IMG/VR virus record: IMGVR_UViG_3300017747_004058
From: an uncultured virus (IMG/VR IMGVR_UViG_3300017747_004058)
Taxonomy: Duplodnaviria > Heunggongvirae > Uroviricota > Caudoviricetes
Strand: one strand, 5' to 3'
Length of the DNA stretch: 64,000 bases
In this document: one piece after another, positions 54,983 through 64,000 of the stretch
Numbering within the stretch: the stretch's first letter is position 1
Layout of the letters: every line of letters begins with the position of its first letter
Program-made: the position numbers and the translations under genes
The notes under the pieces: generated by a model
What the model saw: the letters and a program-made list of their open reading frames with translations, nothing else
What the model was told of the DNA's origin: nothing
The model's database searches: none

Positions 54983-56626
54983 TTAAACAGTCTCCTTCTT
55001 TTCTGGTGCGCGTTCGGGCAGCGCGGGCAGCTTGGTGATTAAGGTATAGCTGAACCAGTCCGGTGCACTCGCCCTAGCCATTTTATAGAACCAGTCAAAG
55101 TCATCATCGACAACAAAGGTTTCGCACCGGTCCATAGGAAACCGCATGCCACGTCCGCACATTTGGACGATCTCCTGCATGGTGGCATAGGTTAAGTACC
55201 CAGGGTCTCGTTCGGCACGGGCTTTGTTCACTTTGTCCATGCGCTTGAAGGGCACCTTGGCGATGATTTGGTATTCACATTCGCGGCCGGGGAAGTTCCA
55301 GCCGGTCGTAAAGCTGGGTGACACTAATACGGCGGGCTCTGATGCGGCCCTAAATGCCTCCGCAATCATTACGCTTGTGGGAGAGCCGGCTTCGGTCGTA
55401 TTCACGTGGAATAGCGCGCTGTGCCGGCTATTCTCCACTAGGTACTGCTGCCGCTTATAGGAGCTGGTGTGAATGATCCCCTTGCGGTCCAGGCGGGAGT
55501 CTATGATTTTGTCAATCACGCTCACCCAGTTTTTTAACCCGGCGTCAGTGATCCGTTTCCCGCTCATAGAAGCCCCAGGGATGCGGTACACGGGCGAGCG
55601 CTCCTTGGGGAAGACTCTGGGCCATTCCTTGAATGAGTATGATCCTGGTTTAAGGCCCAATAAACCCATGGACTTGCGCCGTAAAGTGGCGCTGAGCATG
55701 AACACCCTGGGCACGTTCATAAACAACCTGCTCTCGGCTCGCATTCCCGGCCAGACAGAATCAAAGGTGAATTTCCGGTGCCCATATTCCCCATGGGATT
55801 CGCATATCCAATTCGCCGGGTCCATGGATTGCATACTTTCGAACGCCTCGCACAGGCTCTCTAGCCGGCGCACCAGCTCCTTTACATAGGGGGCTCGGCT
55901 GCGCTTGTAGCGCTTTACTTGCTCGGCTCTCATGGAGTCCGCGGCGACGAGATTGCTCTTGGCAATCTCTACCCAGTCCATTAAAGAGTCGTTAAGGGTC
56001 ACTCGCGAACTCAGCACACCCAGGCTCGTGATATTGGCCTCGTGAATCTCCACATGCATGGAGCCCGCTAGTTGCTCAAAGCTGGTGTCGGCCTCGTCCA
56101 TGATTAGCAGGCCAAAGGGATTGCTCACTACTCCCCCCTCACCCAGGCATAAGCCGGGACTATTGGGCATGGAATTGAGCCGTAACCAGTAGGCGTAGTT
56201 AGTCACTACGATGTCGGCATTGCGGGCGGCGTCACGGGCAGAGTCATATAAACAGGTGGGTTCGCCAAAGTGGGGGCAGCCCTCTAGGCCGCCCGCTTTA
56301 CACGTATGAGAACCAGGAACGCTAATGCAGGTGTAGTTTGCCTTCCCAGTCACGCTGACCAGGAGGTTATTAAAGTACTTAGTGTACTCCTCCTGCTGCG
56401 CCTTAGTGGCGACCAGGATAGCAACCCGCTGCTTGGTGCGGCGCACATGCTGCACAGCTAGGGCGGCGCAAATAGCCGTCTTGCCAGCGCCAGTGGGCAC
56501 GCATGCGCCTGCTACTCGACATGGGGCAGTATTTAAGAACTCCATGACTTCCGTTTGCACTTCGCGGAACTCAGGGAAGTGCTTGGGGTCCAGGCCCAGG
56601 CTAGCGGGAGTGAGTAGTTGAGTCAT
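54983..56626 (-). CDS. DinG/XPD-family SF2 helicase
   Basis: Q motif FREVQ, PTGAGKT, Cys cluster, DEAD, LSATL, Q..GRGMR...D. Confidence 0.88.
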   Translation of the reverse strand: MTQLLTPASLGLDPKHFPEFREVQTEVMEFLNTAPCRVAGACVPTGAGKTAICAALAVQHVRRTKQRVAILVATKAQQEEYTKYFNNLLVSVTGKANYTCISVPGSHTCKAGGLEGCPHFGEPTCLYDSARDAARNADIVVTNYAYWLRLNSMPNSPGLCLGEGGVVSNPFGLLIMDEADTSFEQLAGSMHVEIHEANITSLGVLSSRVTLNDSLMDWVEIAKSNLVAADSMRAEQVKRYKRSRAPYVKELVRRLESLCEAFESMQSMDPANWICESHGEYGHRKFTFDSVWPGMRAESRLFMNVPRVFMLSATLRRKSMGLLGLKPGSYSFKEWPRVFPKERSPVYRIPGASMSGKRITDAGLKNWVSVIDKIIDSRLDRKGIIHTSSYKRQQYLVENSRHSALFHVNTTEAGSPTSVMIAEAFRAASEPAVLVSPSFTTGWNFPGRECEYQIIAKVPFKRMDKVNKARAERDPGYLTYATMQEIVQMCGRGMRFPMDRCETFVVDDDFDWFYKMARASAPDWFSYTLITKLPALPERAPEKKETV

Positions 56627-56764
56627 TTAGTGATTCACAATGTACTTAATCGCAGCCGCGCCGACCGCCAGAATAACAAGCAGTTTGAGCAGACTCAGGA
56701 CAGCGCGGATGCGGTTTGCTATTTGTTGCTCTCGGGCTTGTTGTTGAATCCAGGTTTCGCTCAT
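56627..56764 (-). CDS. 45-aa membrane peptide
   Basis: Manual translation MSETWIQQQAREQQIANRIRAVLSLLKLLVILAVGAAAIKYIVNH; coupled on both sides. Confidence 0.55.
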   Translation of the reverse strand: MSETWIQQQAREQQIANRIRAVLSLLKLLVILAVGAAAIKYIVNH

Positions 56765-57954
56765 GTTGTTAACTTTCCTTTCCATCCCTTGCTTACGCAT
56801 TCCCAGGTGTGAGTACTTAGCAGCACGATCAGCTTCCCGGTGCCATCTTTCTCGGTGACCAGGACATCGTGCAGCTCCATGTCCTCTACGGCTCGCCTAA
56901 GCACCGCGGGCGCAACCTTTACCCGTGCCTTAAGGTCGTCCAGCATGACACCGCCCTTGGGGGTTACCTTGCCCGCATGAACGGCGAGCAGGATCACCAA
57001 TCGTAGCCTTGGCATGCTATCTAATGCCACCTTACTTAGCACTTCCCAGGTTTGCTTGGGGTTCGCGCCAATAATCACCAAGCCCGCGTAAATTTGGCAT
57101 AGCTGCCGGCCCAGGCGATTAGGCGTCTCGGTCTCCACCATGCCGGAAACCACATTCCCTTGCTGGGGGTCCCTGGGGACGCCGCTTCTGCCCCTGGCCG
57201 CTAAATCTGCCATCCAGGCGACTCTGGCTTGCACGGCTAGAGAGATCTCCGGCCTCCTATGCTGGCTTGGCTCTCCGAGAAACCCTATTCCCAGTTCCTC
57301 GTAAAAAGTCTTTACCTTGGCTTGCAGGTCCTCTCGCCAGCCGCGATGGCCAGAATTATCTATGGCGCGTAGGCTCTTAAGCAGGGTGTCGCTCACGATA
57401 CTCCTACACATTACCCAGCGCTCACCCATTTGGGCACTTAATTGGGCGTACTGGTCAATCTGGCTAGTGACGCCGCCAAAGCAGGCAAGTTTTCCTTCCC
57501 AGGACAATTGTTGGCCACCATCGCTACCTACTGGCCGGGTCCAGCGACCGTCAGCAGCACGGCGTAGGGTAGTCATGATTTCGTCCCGCTTGGCTGGCTG
57601 CGCTTGGACCACATCGGTGAAGTCGCCGAACAATAGGGCCCCATGGGACCCCACCAAACGCAGTAAGCCGCCGTTGGCCTGTTTGCCCTTTTCTGCGCTA
57701 GGAGTGCCGCTAAGGAATGCCGCGGCTCCCTGTGGTGCGTCCACTGCATGCACATGGGGGACGGCTAGTAATAGGTTAAGCAGTTCAGTTTTCCCATCAC
57801 CGGGCGGCCCAACGAGCATCAGCCATACGGGGTCACCGTCTATCATGTTGGCGGCCAAAGTACCCAGTAGGGCCATCAGGCTCACCGGATGGGGGAGGAA
57901 CAACACTCCCCTGATCTCGCTTAATAGTCTGTTCAGGGGAGTGTCGGTACGCAT
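56761..57954 (-). CDS. AAA+ ATPase, putative replicative helicase-like domain with C-terminal wHTH
   Basis: WLMLVGPPGDGKT, LR...DG...R..G, MGERW. Confidence 0.65.
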   Translation of the reverse strand: MRTDTPLNRLLSEIRGVLFLPHPVSLMALLGTLAANMIDGDPVWLMLVGPPGDGKTELLNLLLAVPHVHAVDAPQGAAAFLSGTPSAEKGKQANGGLLRLVGSHGALLFGDFTDVVQAQPAKRDEIMTTLRRAADGRWTRPVGSDGGQQLSWEGKLACFGGVTSQIDQYAQLSAQMGERWVMCRSIVSDTLLKSLRAIDNSGHRGWREDLQAKVKTFYEELGIGFLGEPSQHRRPEISLAVQARVAWMADLAARGRSGVPRDPQQGNVVSGMVETETPNRLGRQLCQIYAGLVIIGANPKQTWEVLSKVALDSMPRLRLVILLAVHAGKVTPKGGVMLDDLKARVKVAPAVLRRAVEDMELHDVLVTEKDGTGKLIVLLSTHTWECVSKGWKGKLTT

Positions 57955-57966
57955 GGACGAATGGGC

Positions 57967-59247
57967 CTACTTGCTCTTGGCGGTCTTAGCGGGCTTGGGC
58001 GCTTTTACGGGCTCGGCAGCCGGTTCCTTGGGGGCCTTACCCTTGGCAGCCTTGGACTCGGCAGTAGGGGCGGACGCGGCAGCCTTGGCAGCCTTAACTG
58101 GCTTCTCGGGCTTGGGCTGGGGCTCTTTGGCTTCCTTCTCCTTGGCCTTCTCTTCCTTGGCCGCCAAATCACCATCGACGCCAGACAGCTTAATGGCGTC
58201 CACCACCTTGTCCCACTGGTTGGCCAGCTTTTTGTCCGTGAGCAACCCGTCCGCATTGAGCAATAGCGCAGTCATGAACCGGCGTGCCAAACCCTTCTCT
58301 GGCCCGCTCAGATCGCTATCGGCGAATTCCTGCAAGGTTTCCATGATTTCCTTGCGGTTCTTTTTCACCTGGACGATTTCGTTTTCGTCCTTGGTTTCAT
58401 TGGCGGCGCGAATGGCCTTGGTGACCGCGGGGGCCTCGATCTTGTCCGGCAGGGTACTGGTGTCGGAAAGCTTTGCCTTTTTAGCCTTGGGCTCTTTGGT
58501 GTACTCCCCGTTGATGGACTCCCCGTCTCCAGTCATGCCGGAAACCTTCAGCCCTTGTCCCTGTCCCTTGCCCTTCTTGGCATTCTCCTCGTGCTGGATG
58601 TCGGCGGCGTGCTCCAACACCTGGGCCTGTTCACCCTTATTCACTTTGGTGAGTTCCAGGGCGATCTGAGTAGTAATCTTACCGGCCCGCAACTGCTGCT
58701 TTACGGCATCACTGAGCGCATACACGCGGTCGGCAATACTCACTCGCGGCTGATCGATGCCCAGGGTCTTGACCACCTTCTTGGTCCCCTGTTCACCTTC
58801 CCAGCCGTGCTTGATGCGCAAAGCGTTAACGATTTCGCTCAGTTCGTAGTCGTTATACCCCTTGCGCGGGTAGTTGCTCTGAAATGCCAGTCGCAGCAAG
58901 CGGGCGTCGTCGGCACTGGTGATATCCTGATTGACCTGCACACGAACGGGCGTTAGCGCTTGGGCCTTTCTGGTGCGCTCCTCGTTGATCTGGGTAATGG
59001 CGCGGAACCGCCGGCGGCCGTCGTAGACAAAGTATGAAACCTTGCCGTTCTCGCCCTTAACGCCATAGACACTCACGGGATGGAGCTGGCCGTCGAGCGC
59101 GATACTGGCGGCGAGCTGGTCGATTTTCTTGGACTCCTCGCTTTCGTCTCCGGCGGGCCGGATGATGTCGAACTGGGGGTCAATGGTGAGTTCATAGGCT
59201 GGGAGTTCGAGTTCGGGCCAGCCGGGAGTGCCGGTGTCAGTTTTCAT
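57967..59247 (-). CDS. ParB/Srx-domain protein with K/A/P-rich tail
   Basis: I.QLAASI...GQLHPV.V, DG.RRFRA, N..R, HTH. Confidence 0.8.
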   Translation of the reverse strand: MKTDTGTPGWPELELPAYELTIDPQFDIIRPAGDESEESKKIDQLAASIALDGQLHPVSVYGVKGENGKVSYFVYDGRRRFRAITQINEERTRKAQALTPVRVQVNQDITSADDARLLRLAFQSNYPRKGYNDYELSEIVNALRIKHGWEGEQGTKKVVKTLGIDQPRVSIADRVYALSDAVKQQLRAGKITTQIALELTKVNKGEQAQVLEHAADIQHEENAKKGKGQGQGLKVSGMTGDGESINGEYTKEPKAKKAKLSDTSTLPDKIEAPAVTKAIRAANETKDENEIVQVKKNRKEIMETLQEFADSDLSGPEKGLARRFMTALLLNADGLLTDKKLANQWDKVVDAIKLSGVDGDLAAKEEKAKEKEAKEPQPKPEKPVKAAKAAASAPTAESKAAKGKAPKEPAAEPVKAPKPAKTAKSK

Positions 59248-59522
59248 GAGAGTGTTCCTTTTCTTTGGGGGTGGTTTATGGTTTCATTGAGCGATTTTCG
59301 CTCGGGATTTTAGTTACGGTTTCATTGTAACAGAGTCGGGCCGAAAGTCGGGCCGGATGTCAGGGTGAACCATGCACGATCTTTGGAGTCGGGCATGGCT
59401 CTGCTGCAATTCCATGAGGTCGCTCTGCACGTGCTCAAGGCTAATGAGTGAGTAGATTACGACCAGCGCAGCCACAGCCGTGCAGCATGCCGGGAACACG
59501 CGATTGAAGTGATCATAGATAT

Positions 59523-61205
59523 TTACCATGGGGGTTGATTCCTTCCGGCCTGTTCATGCTCCCAGGCGGCTTGCTGTTCGGCAGCGCATGCGTCTTGCTG
59601 TGCTTGGGCTTCGTTAGCCTGTTCTTGATCGCGCTCTACCTGGTCCGGCTCCTTAAACAAGCGTTCCAGGGGCTTGGGCACCGTTTCCACGAAATAAAGA
59701 CTCTTTCGGGCGCGGGTAATCCCCACATAGAGCGCGTGCAGTTCTTGCTCCACCTGCCACTCCTGCACGGCTCTAGGGTGCGGCATAAGATCCCCACGGA
59801 TAACGAACACATGGTCCGCTTCCAGGCCCTTGACCTTAAAGACCGTTCCAAGTACGATGGCGTCCTTATGCGGAGAGAACATGTCCCTTAGTGCACTTAG
59901 AGCCATGCTCACGTTGGCCGTGCACTTGGCTAGGCTCTCAATGCAGTTGTGCCGGTCTACGGCGCTTGCTGCTCGTTGGCTGGTTTGTCCTGGGCGTAGG
60001 AGTGCCTCATACTTGGCTACTGCGGCATTGGTGAATTCTCGCGATAGGCGCACGACTTCCAGCATGTCCGCGGGCCGATTCAGGTCTCTTAATTGCTGCA
60101 CGTAGCTGCGAATGAGCCGTGCAATGTTGTCCCCCAGGTCTCGTCCCAGCATGCACACACGTTTATTTTTCCGCATGAGCTTGTAGGCCGTGCTCACCAG
60201 TGGGGCATTAGTGCGGGCCACGATCATGGAGCCGGACGGGAATTCCAGCGGCAAATGCGCCACCTTCTCCATGCTCCCCATAGGCGCTCCCGGCAATGCC
60301 TTAAAACTGGGCACCAATACCTGTGCGCACCGAGCGACCTCTTGGCTACACCGGCGGGAGACAGTGAGCGGGTATTCTTTGGCCCCCAAACTTATTAAGC
60401 TCCCGCGCATAATGCTAAATGCGTCATTAAGCGCTCCTCGGAACCCATAGATCGCTTGGTAGGGGTCGCCCACCACGTACAGCACGTTGCAGCGCTTAGA
60501 TGCTAGGATCTGCCCCACAGCGTTAAGATCTTGCATCTCGTCCACGGCGAGAATGTCCGGCCGGGAGTCGGGGCGAAACTCCAGGCCCATAATCACTGGC
60601 AGCCAGCACATGTCGTCGAAGTCAATACCTTGCGCGATCTCGTCCGGGTCGCACATGGCGTTAAGGAGTGCTATAGCCAGCTCCACACTCTTGTCCAGGT
60701 CCGCACCATCCAGCTCGATATCGTGATGGTCCACAAGCTCCTTAAGGTACTCGGGCGTGGCTTGGGCATACTGCTTGGCGATGCCGCATATGCGCACCGC
60801 GGCACTCTTCACGTCCTGCATGTGGGAGTCAAAGCGCGTGCTCACCATGCGCCAGATGCGCCCATTGCCGGTCCACACTTTTAGTCTCCCAAAGTGCTCC
60901 TCTAGGAGCTGCTTGCCCATGGAGTGCAAAGTCACGGCAGTAAGGTACTTCCCTGCCTTGGCCTGCATCTCCTCCTGGTTCGCCTTCCCAAAGCTGGTGT
61001 ACTCCAGCTTGAGGCCCGTGTTCCGCAGCCTATAGGCGATCTCGGCAATCGTAGTGCTTTTCCCTGTTCCGGCGAGCGCATTGACCACAATAGACCGCAT
61101 GGGGGCGCTAATCACTCCGGCGAAGATGGCTTCCTGTTCCGCGCTACCGGTAATGGGCGCATAGGCAGGTGGGATGGGTTTATTGGTTCTGGTTCTTGGT
61201 TTCAT
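59523..61205 (-). CDS. UvrD/Rep-like SF1 helicase
   Basis: ALAGTGKST, VDEMQD, VGDPYQAIYGFRGA, KGLE, YVGITRA. Confidence 0.92.
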   Translation of the reverse strand: MKPRTRTNKPIPPAYAPITGSAEQEAIFAGVISAPMRSIVVNALAGTGKSTTIAEIAYRLRNTGLKLEYTSFGKANQEEMQAKAGKYLTAVTLHSMGKQLLEEHFGRLKVWTGNGRIWRMVSTRFDSHMQDVKSAAVRICGIAKQYAQATPEYLKELVDHHDIELDGADLDKSVELAIALLNAMCDPDEIAQGIDFDDMCWLPVIMGLEFRPDSRPDILAVDEMQDLNAVGQILASKRCNVLYVVGDPYQAIYGFRGALNDAFSIMRGSLISLGAKEYPLTVSRRCSQEVARCAQVLVPSFKALPGAPMGSMEKVAHLPLEFPSGSMIVARTNAPLVSTAYKLMRKNKRVCMLGRDLGDNIARLIRSYVQQLRDLNRPADMLEVVRLSREFTNAAVAKYEALLRPGQTSQRAASAVDRHNCIESLAKCTANVSMALSALRDMFSPHKDAIVLGTVFKVKGLEADHVFVIRGDLMPHPRAVQEWQVEQELHALYVGITRARKSLYFVETVPKPLERLFKEPDQVERDQEQANEAQAQQDACAAEQQAAWEHEQAGRNQPPW

Positions 61206-63646
61206 CTGGCTGTGTCCTCGTTTCCATGATTGCTTTGCATAAGTCCTGGTGATCGCCCGAGCAGAATCCGGTCTGACCTACCAGATTAAAATGCTGGAGT
61301 AAGAAGGGATTGTTCTTCCAGTCCCCAGGGTAGTCATCCTTTAGTGTCTTAGCCGCGTGGCGCAGTGCAACCATCCACACACTAAGTTCTTTCGCGGACA
61401 ACTCAAAAGTGAGCGTCTGGCTGTTAAGCTTCATTGGGTTCCTTTTCCTTAGCTTCTTCTCTCTCGGTCCTAAGCATGTAACTCGCTTGGTCAGCCAACA
61501 CACTAGCCAGCGCCGCGAACACTTCCCCATAGGTTAGGTCATGCTTCTCACATATCTTAGTGGTGGCTTCCAGGAATTCAATCTTAGCCAGTTGCAGGAT
61601 CATTGCTCGCGGCGGGCGTGTCATTCAGCCTCGTTTCTCATTCCGGCCGCATGCAAATACTTATCCAGCCAAGATAACCCGCCGGCACCAGCATTGCGCA
61701 TGGCCAAGTACTCCAGCACTCTTGCCGCCCGCCGTTCATTATGTGCGGCAAAGCTCAGCGCCGCCCACCATTGCCACTTGCACGGCACGCACAGCACATG
61801 ATTAGGCCCCAAATACTCCTTAACCTTAATGAACCGGGGCTTATCGCTGGGCCGCAGCCGATACATGAAAATGTCCCCAGGTGCAAGGAGCACTTCCGCA
61901 GCCAGCATTGCGCCTACCCAGGGGGTAGCGTGCGTGATGGGCTCGCTGACGGGCCGCACTAGCACCTTAAGCTCCCCATAGGCATACAGACTCTCCAGGC
62001 CCATGGGCGGGGCATACAGGTGCAGAGTGCCGGCTGCCTTATGCTGTTCGTAAGTACTCGGCGCTGGAAGCTTGGGGAGCTTAGCAGGAACATAGGTACT
62101 TGGTTGCTGTTTACCCCCAGCTTTCTCCAATGCGTCCTCTAGCGATTGCTTAGACGGTCGCCAAGAGAAGTCACCAGCGGGCACACTCAATGGTTCGGGC
62201 GCATGAACCGCTAACCAGTCCTTATACTCCTGGTCCATAACTTCCTCTTCGCTCGGCGCATGAGTAAATATATGATCAACGAGTCTCTGCTCGGTCTCCT
62301 GGTAATTAAACAGGGGACTCATGACCACGAGCATTTCGTATCGGGCTGCCGCTGGAACCGCACTTACGCCCTTGATTCGCTGGGCAAGTTCAATGATCGG
62401 CCGGGTGAGCAAGAAGTTCGCCCGTACAATGAAGTGCGTACTCTCGTGTTCGTCGCGCTCCAGGGCGATCTTGATCCAGGGCTTGTTGGGGGAGTTAAAC
62501 TCTTTCACGGGCATGTCCTTTGTTCCTTAATCTTCTCTAGTCCGGTAACGGCCTGAGCCTTCAACTATACTTTGCCAGTTGCGCTTCTAATGTCGTGAAC
62601 TGAAAGGCCAGTGTTCCAGCCCACAAGTACTTGGAATAAGTACCTGTCGAAGGGAAAGGATCACCCACTGGATAGTGAGTGATCCGAACGCCGCATTGAT
62701 CTACTGCCGAGAACGGGCCTTTAGCGTTTCGTCGCAGACGAACCTCTTCAGTTGGACGAAGTAGCAACATCTACTGCGGACCCCCGGCACATGGGAACGT
62801 GCCCAGACTTTCCTTGGCTTGCTCCTGGTTCTGCTCCTTTGCCTGCTCCTCCGGCGCATTAATATACGCCATGATCGCAGCGTGGTTATGCTTAATGCCC
62901 AACTCCTTGGTCGTCGCACGCATCGCCGGACCGGTTATGTCTACCCGCTTGCCTTCGGCCAGGGAGTTAACAATCAGTGTAGCCACCACGGGCGCGCGAT
63001 CTGGGGACCAGTTATACTCGCCGGCTTGCGCGTAATTGGTTAGGTGCTTTTCGTACACCATGTGAAGCTTTTTAAGATTAGACATTGAGTCTCCCTTAGA
63101 TCCCTTTCAGTGCTTTTTCCAGCAACCCCTTGGCCACGCGTACCAAGTCCTTGGCGGCGTCTTCCCGGTCCTTAAAGTGCGCACCCTTATAGACCGCATA
63201 CCCAGGCATGCCGGTTTTATACCCGCGGCTCCCGTCCCAGGAAATGCTCAGCGCCATCCAGCCGCCCAAACGCTCTTTCCAGACTTGTCCGGCCATGGTG
63301 TGCTCGGTGATTTTGCTCATCGCAATCCCATCTCCTTTGCTCGTGCGGTCAATTGCTCATCAGTGGGTCCAATGCGCTGCCGCACGTTCTCGTCTAGCTT
63401 AATCGCTATGCCCACCATGGTGTGCATGTCATCCTGGTGCGGCATCCCGCGATCCAGCACGGCCCCATGAAATGCCTTGAACCCTTCATAGTCATCGAAC
63501 AACAGGTTCACACGGCCGTACTTAAGCCCCCGAGCCGTCCTGAGATCCCCGATATTCTTATGGTGCTTAATCTCTTTGGAGAGCAGTTCAGCTTCAGCCT
63601 TGGTGATCTGGATGCTTGTGAATAACGCGCTTGATGTGCTCGGCAT
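61180..63646 (-). CDS. Cluster of small early hypothetical genes (61180-61434, 61424-61624, 61621-62514, 62561-62770, 62771-63085, 63096-63320, 63317-63646)
   Basis: Head-to-tail packing with ATGA overlaps and SD motifs; no recognisable domains. Confidence 0.55.
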
Positions 63647-63683
63647 AGGTTTAATATAAACCTAAACACCCTCCCCGTGTCAA
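63644..63683 (-). promoter_or_regulatory. Early promoter with a perfect-arm 19-bp palindrome over -10 and the start codon
   Basis: TTGACA (63683-63678); TAGGTTTATATTAAACCT-ATG. Confidence 0.75.
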
Positions 63684-64000
63684 GCGAAATCGCAAAATAA
63701 ATTTCCCCTTGGGCGGACTCCATGCACTCAAAGTAAACCTAAAGAGTCTTTCCCGGCCTCCCAGCGCCTCATTCTCCTCTCTTCCCGGCCCACCCAAACC
63801 ACGCCAAAACACCCCCCTGCACTCTAACCCGGTTAGCGTTCAACCCCCCAAAAACGGCAGGTTTCAATTGCCGGATTATTATAAACACTTAAATCACGCG
63901 GCACCCGAAAACATCATATTCATTGGAGTTTTGCCAAATTTCCAGCACCCCAAATCTTAAGCTTTTTTCATGTTTAGAGATTTTTTTCCTAGCAAAACTC

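Noticed and set aside
57317..58669. 450-aa plus-strand ORF over the AAA+ and ParB genes
   Set aside because: Antisense shadow of two well-supported minus-strand genes; low-complexity translation.
3099..63664. 19-bp palindrome as CRISPR repeats or serine-recombinase crossover sites
   Set aside because: Copies are dispersed, not arrayed with spacers. The arms run GGTTT...AAACC, opposite to hix/gix-type AAACC-NN-GGTTT cores, and they track promoters and start codons.

Overview
The window is most of a tailed dsDNA phage genome, probably podovirus-like, with two convergent arms. The plus-strand arm (about 1-37.3 kb) holds terminase, portal, scaffold, major capsid, adaptor/nozzle, three ejection-type proteins (one of 2438 aa) and holin-like genes. 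The minus-strand arm (about 37.3-63.7 kb) holds a serine recombinase, beta-helix tail-spike-like genes, a PolA split over two genes, nucleases, three NTPases/helicases, a ParB-like protein and small early genes. The strongest signal is an intein in PolA motif B (44958-45938) with no endonuclease in its own frame. Instead, a complete HNH homing-endonuclease-like gene (45008-45817) is overprinted on it in the +1 frame, with its own GGAGGAG ribosome-binding site. Other highlights: an Ala1 class-3-type LAGLIDADG intein in the terminase Walker A motif; a genome-wide 19-bp palindrome (TAGGTTTA-N3-TAAACCTA) over promoters and start codons; widespread leaderless promoter geometry; a 72-nt tRNA-like element with a collapsed anticodon arm; and a Mom-like DNA-modification gene. 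All calls come from reading motifs by eye. No database searches were run, so novelty is unverified.
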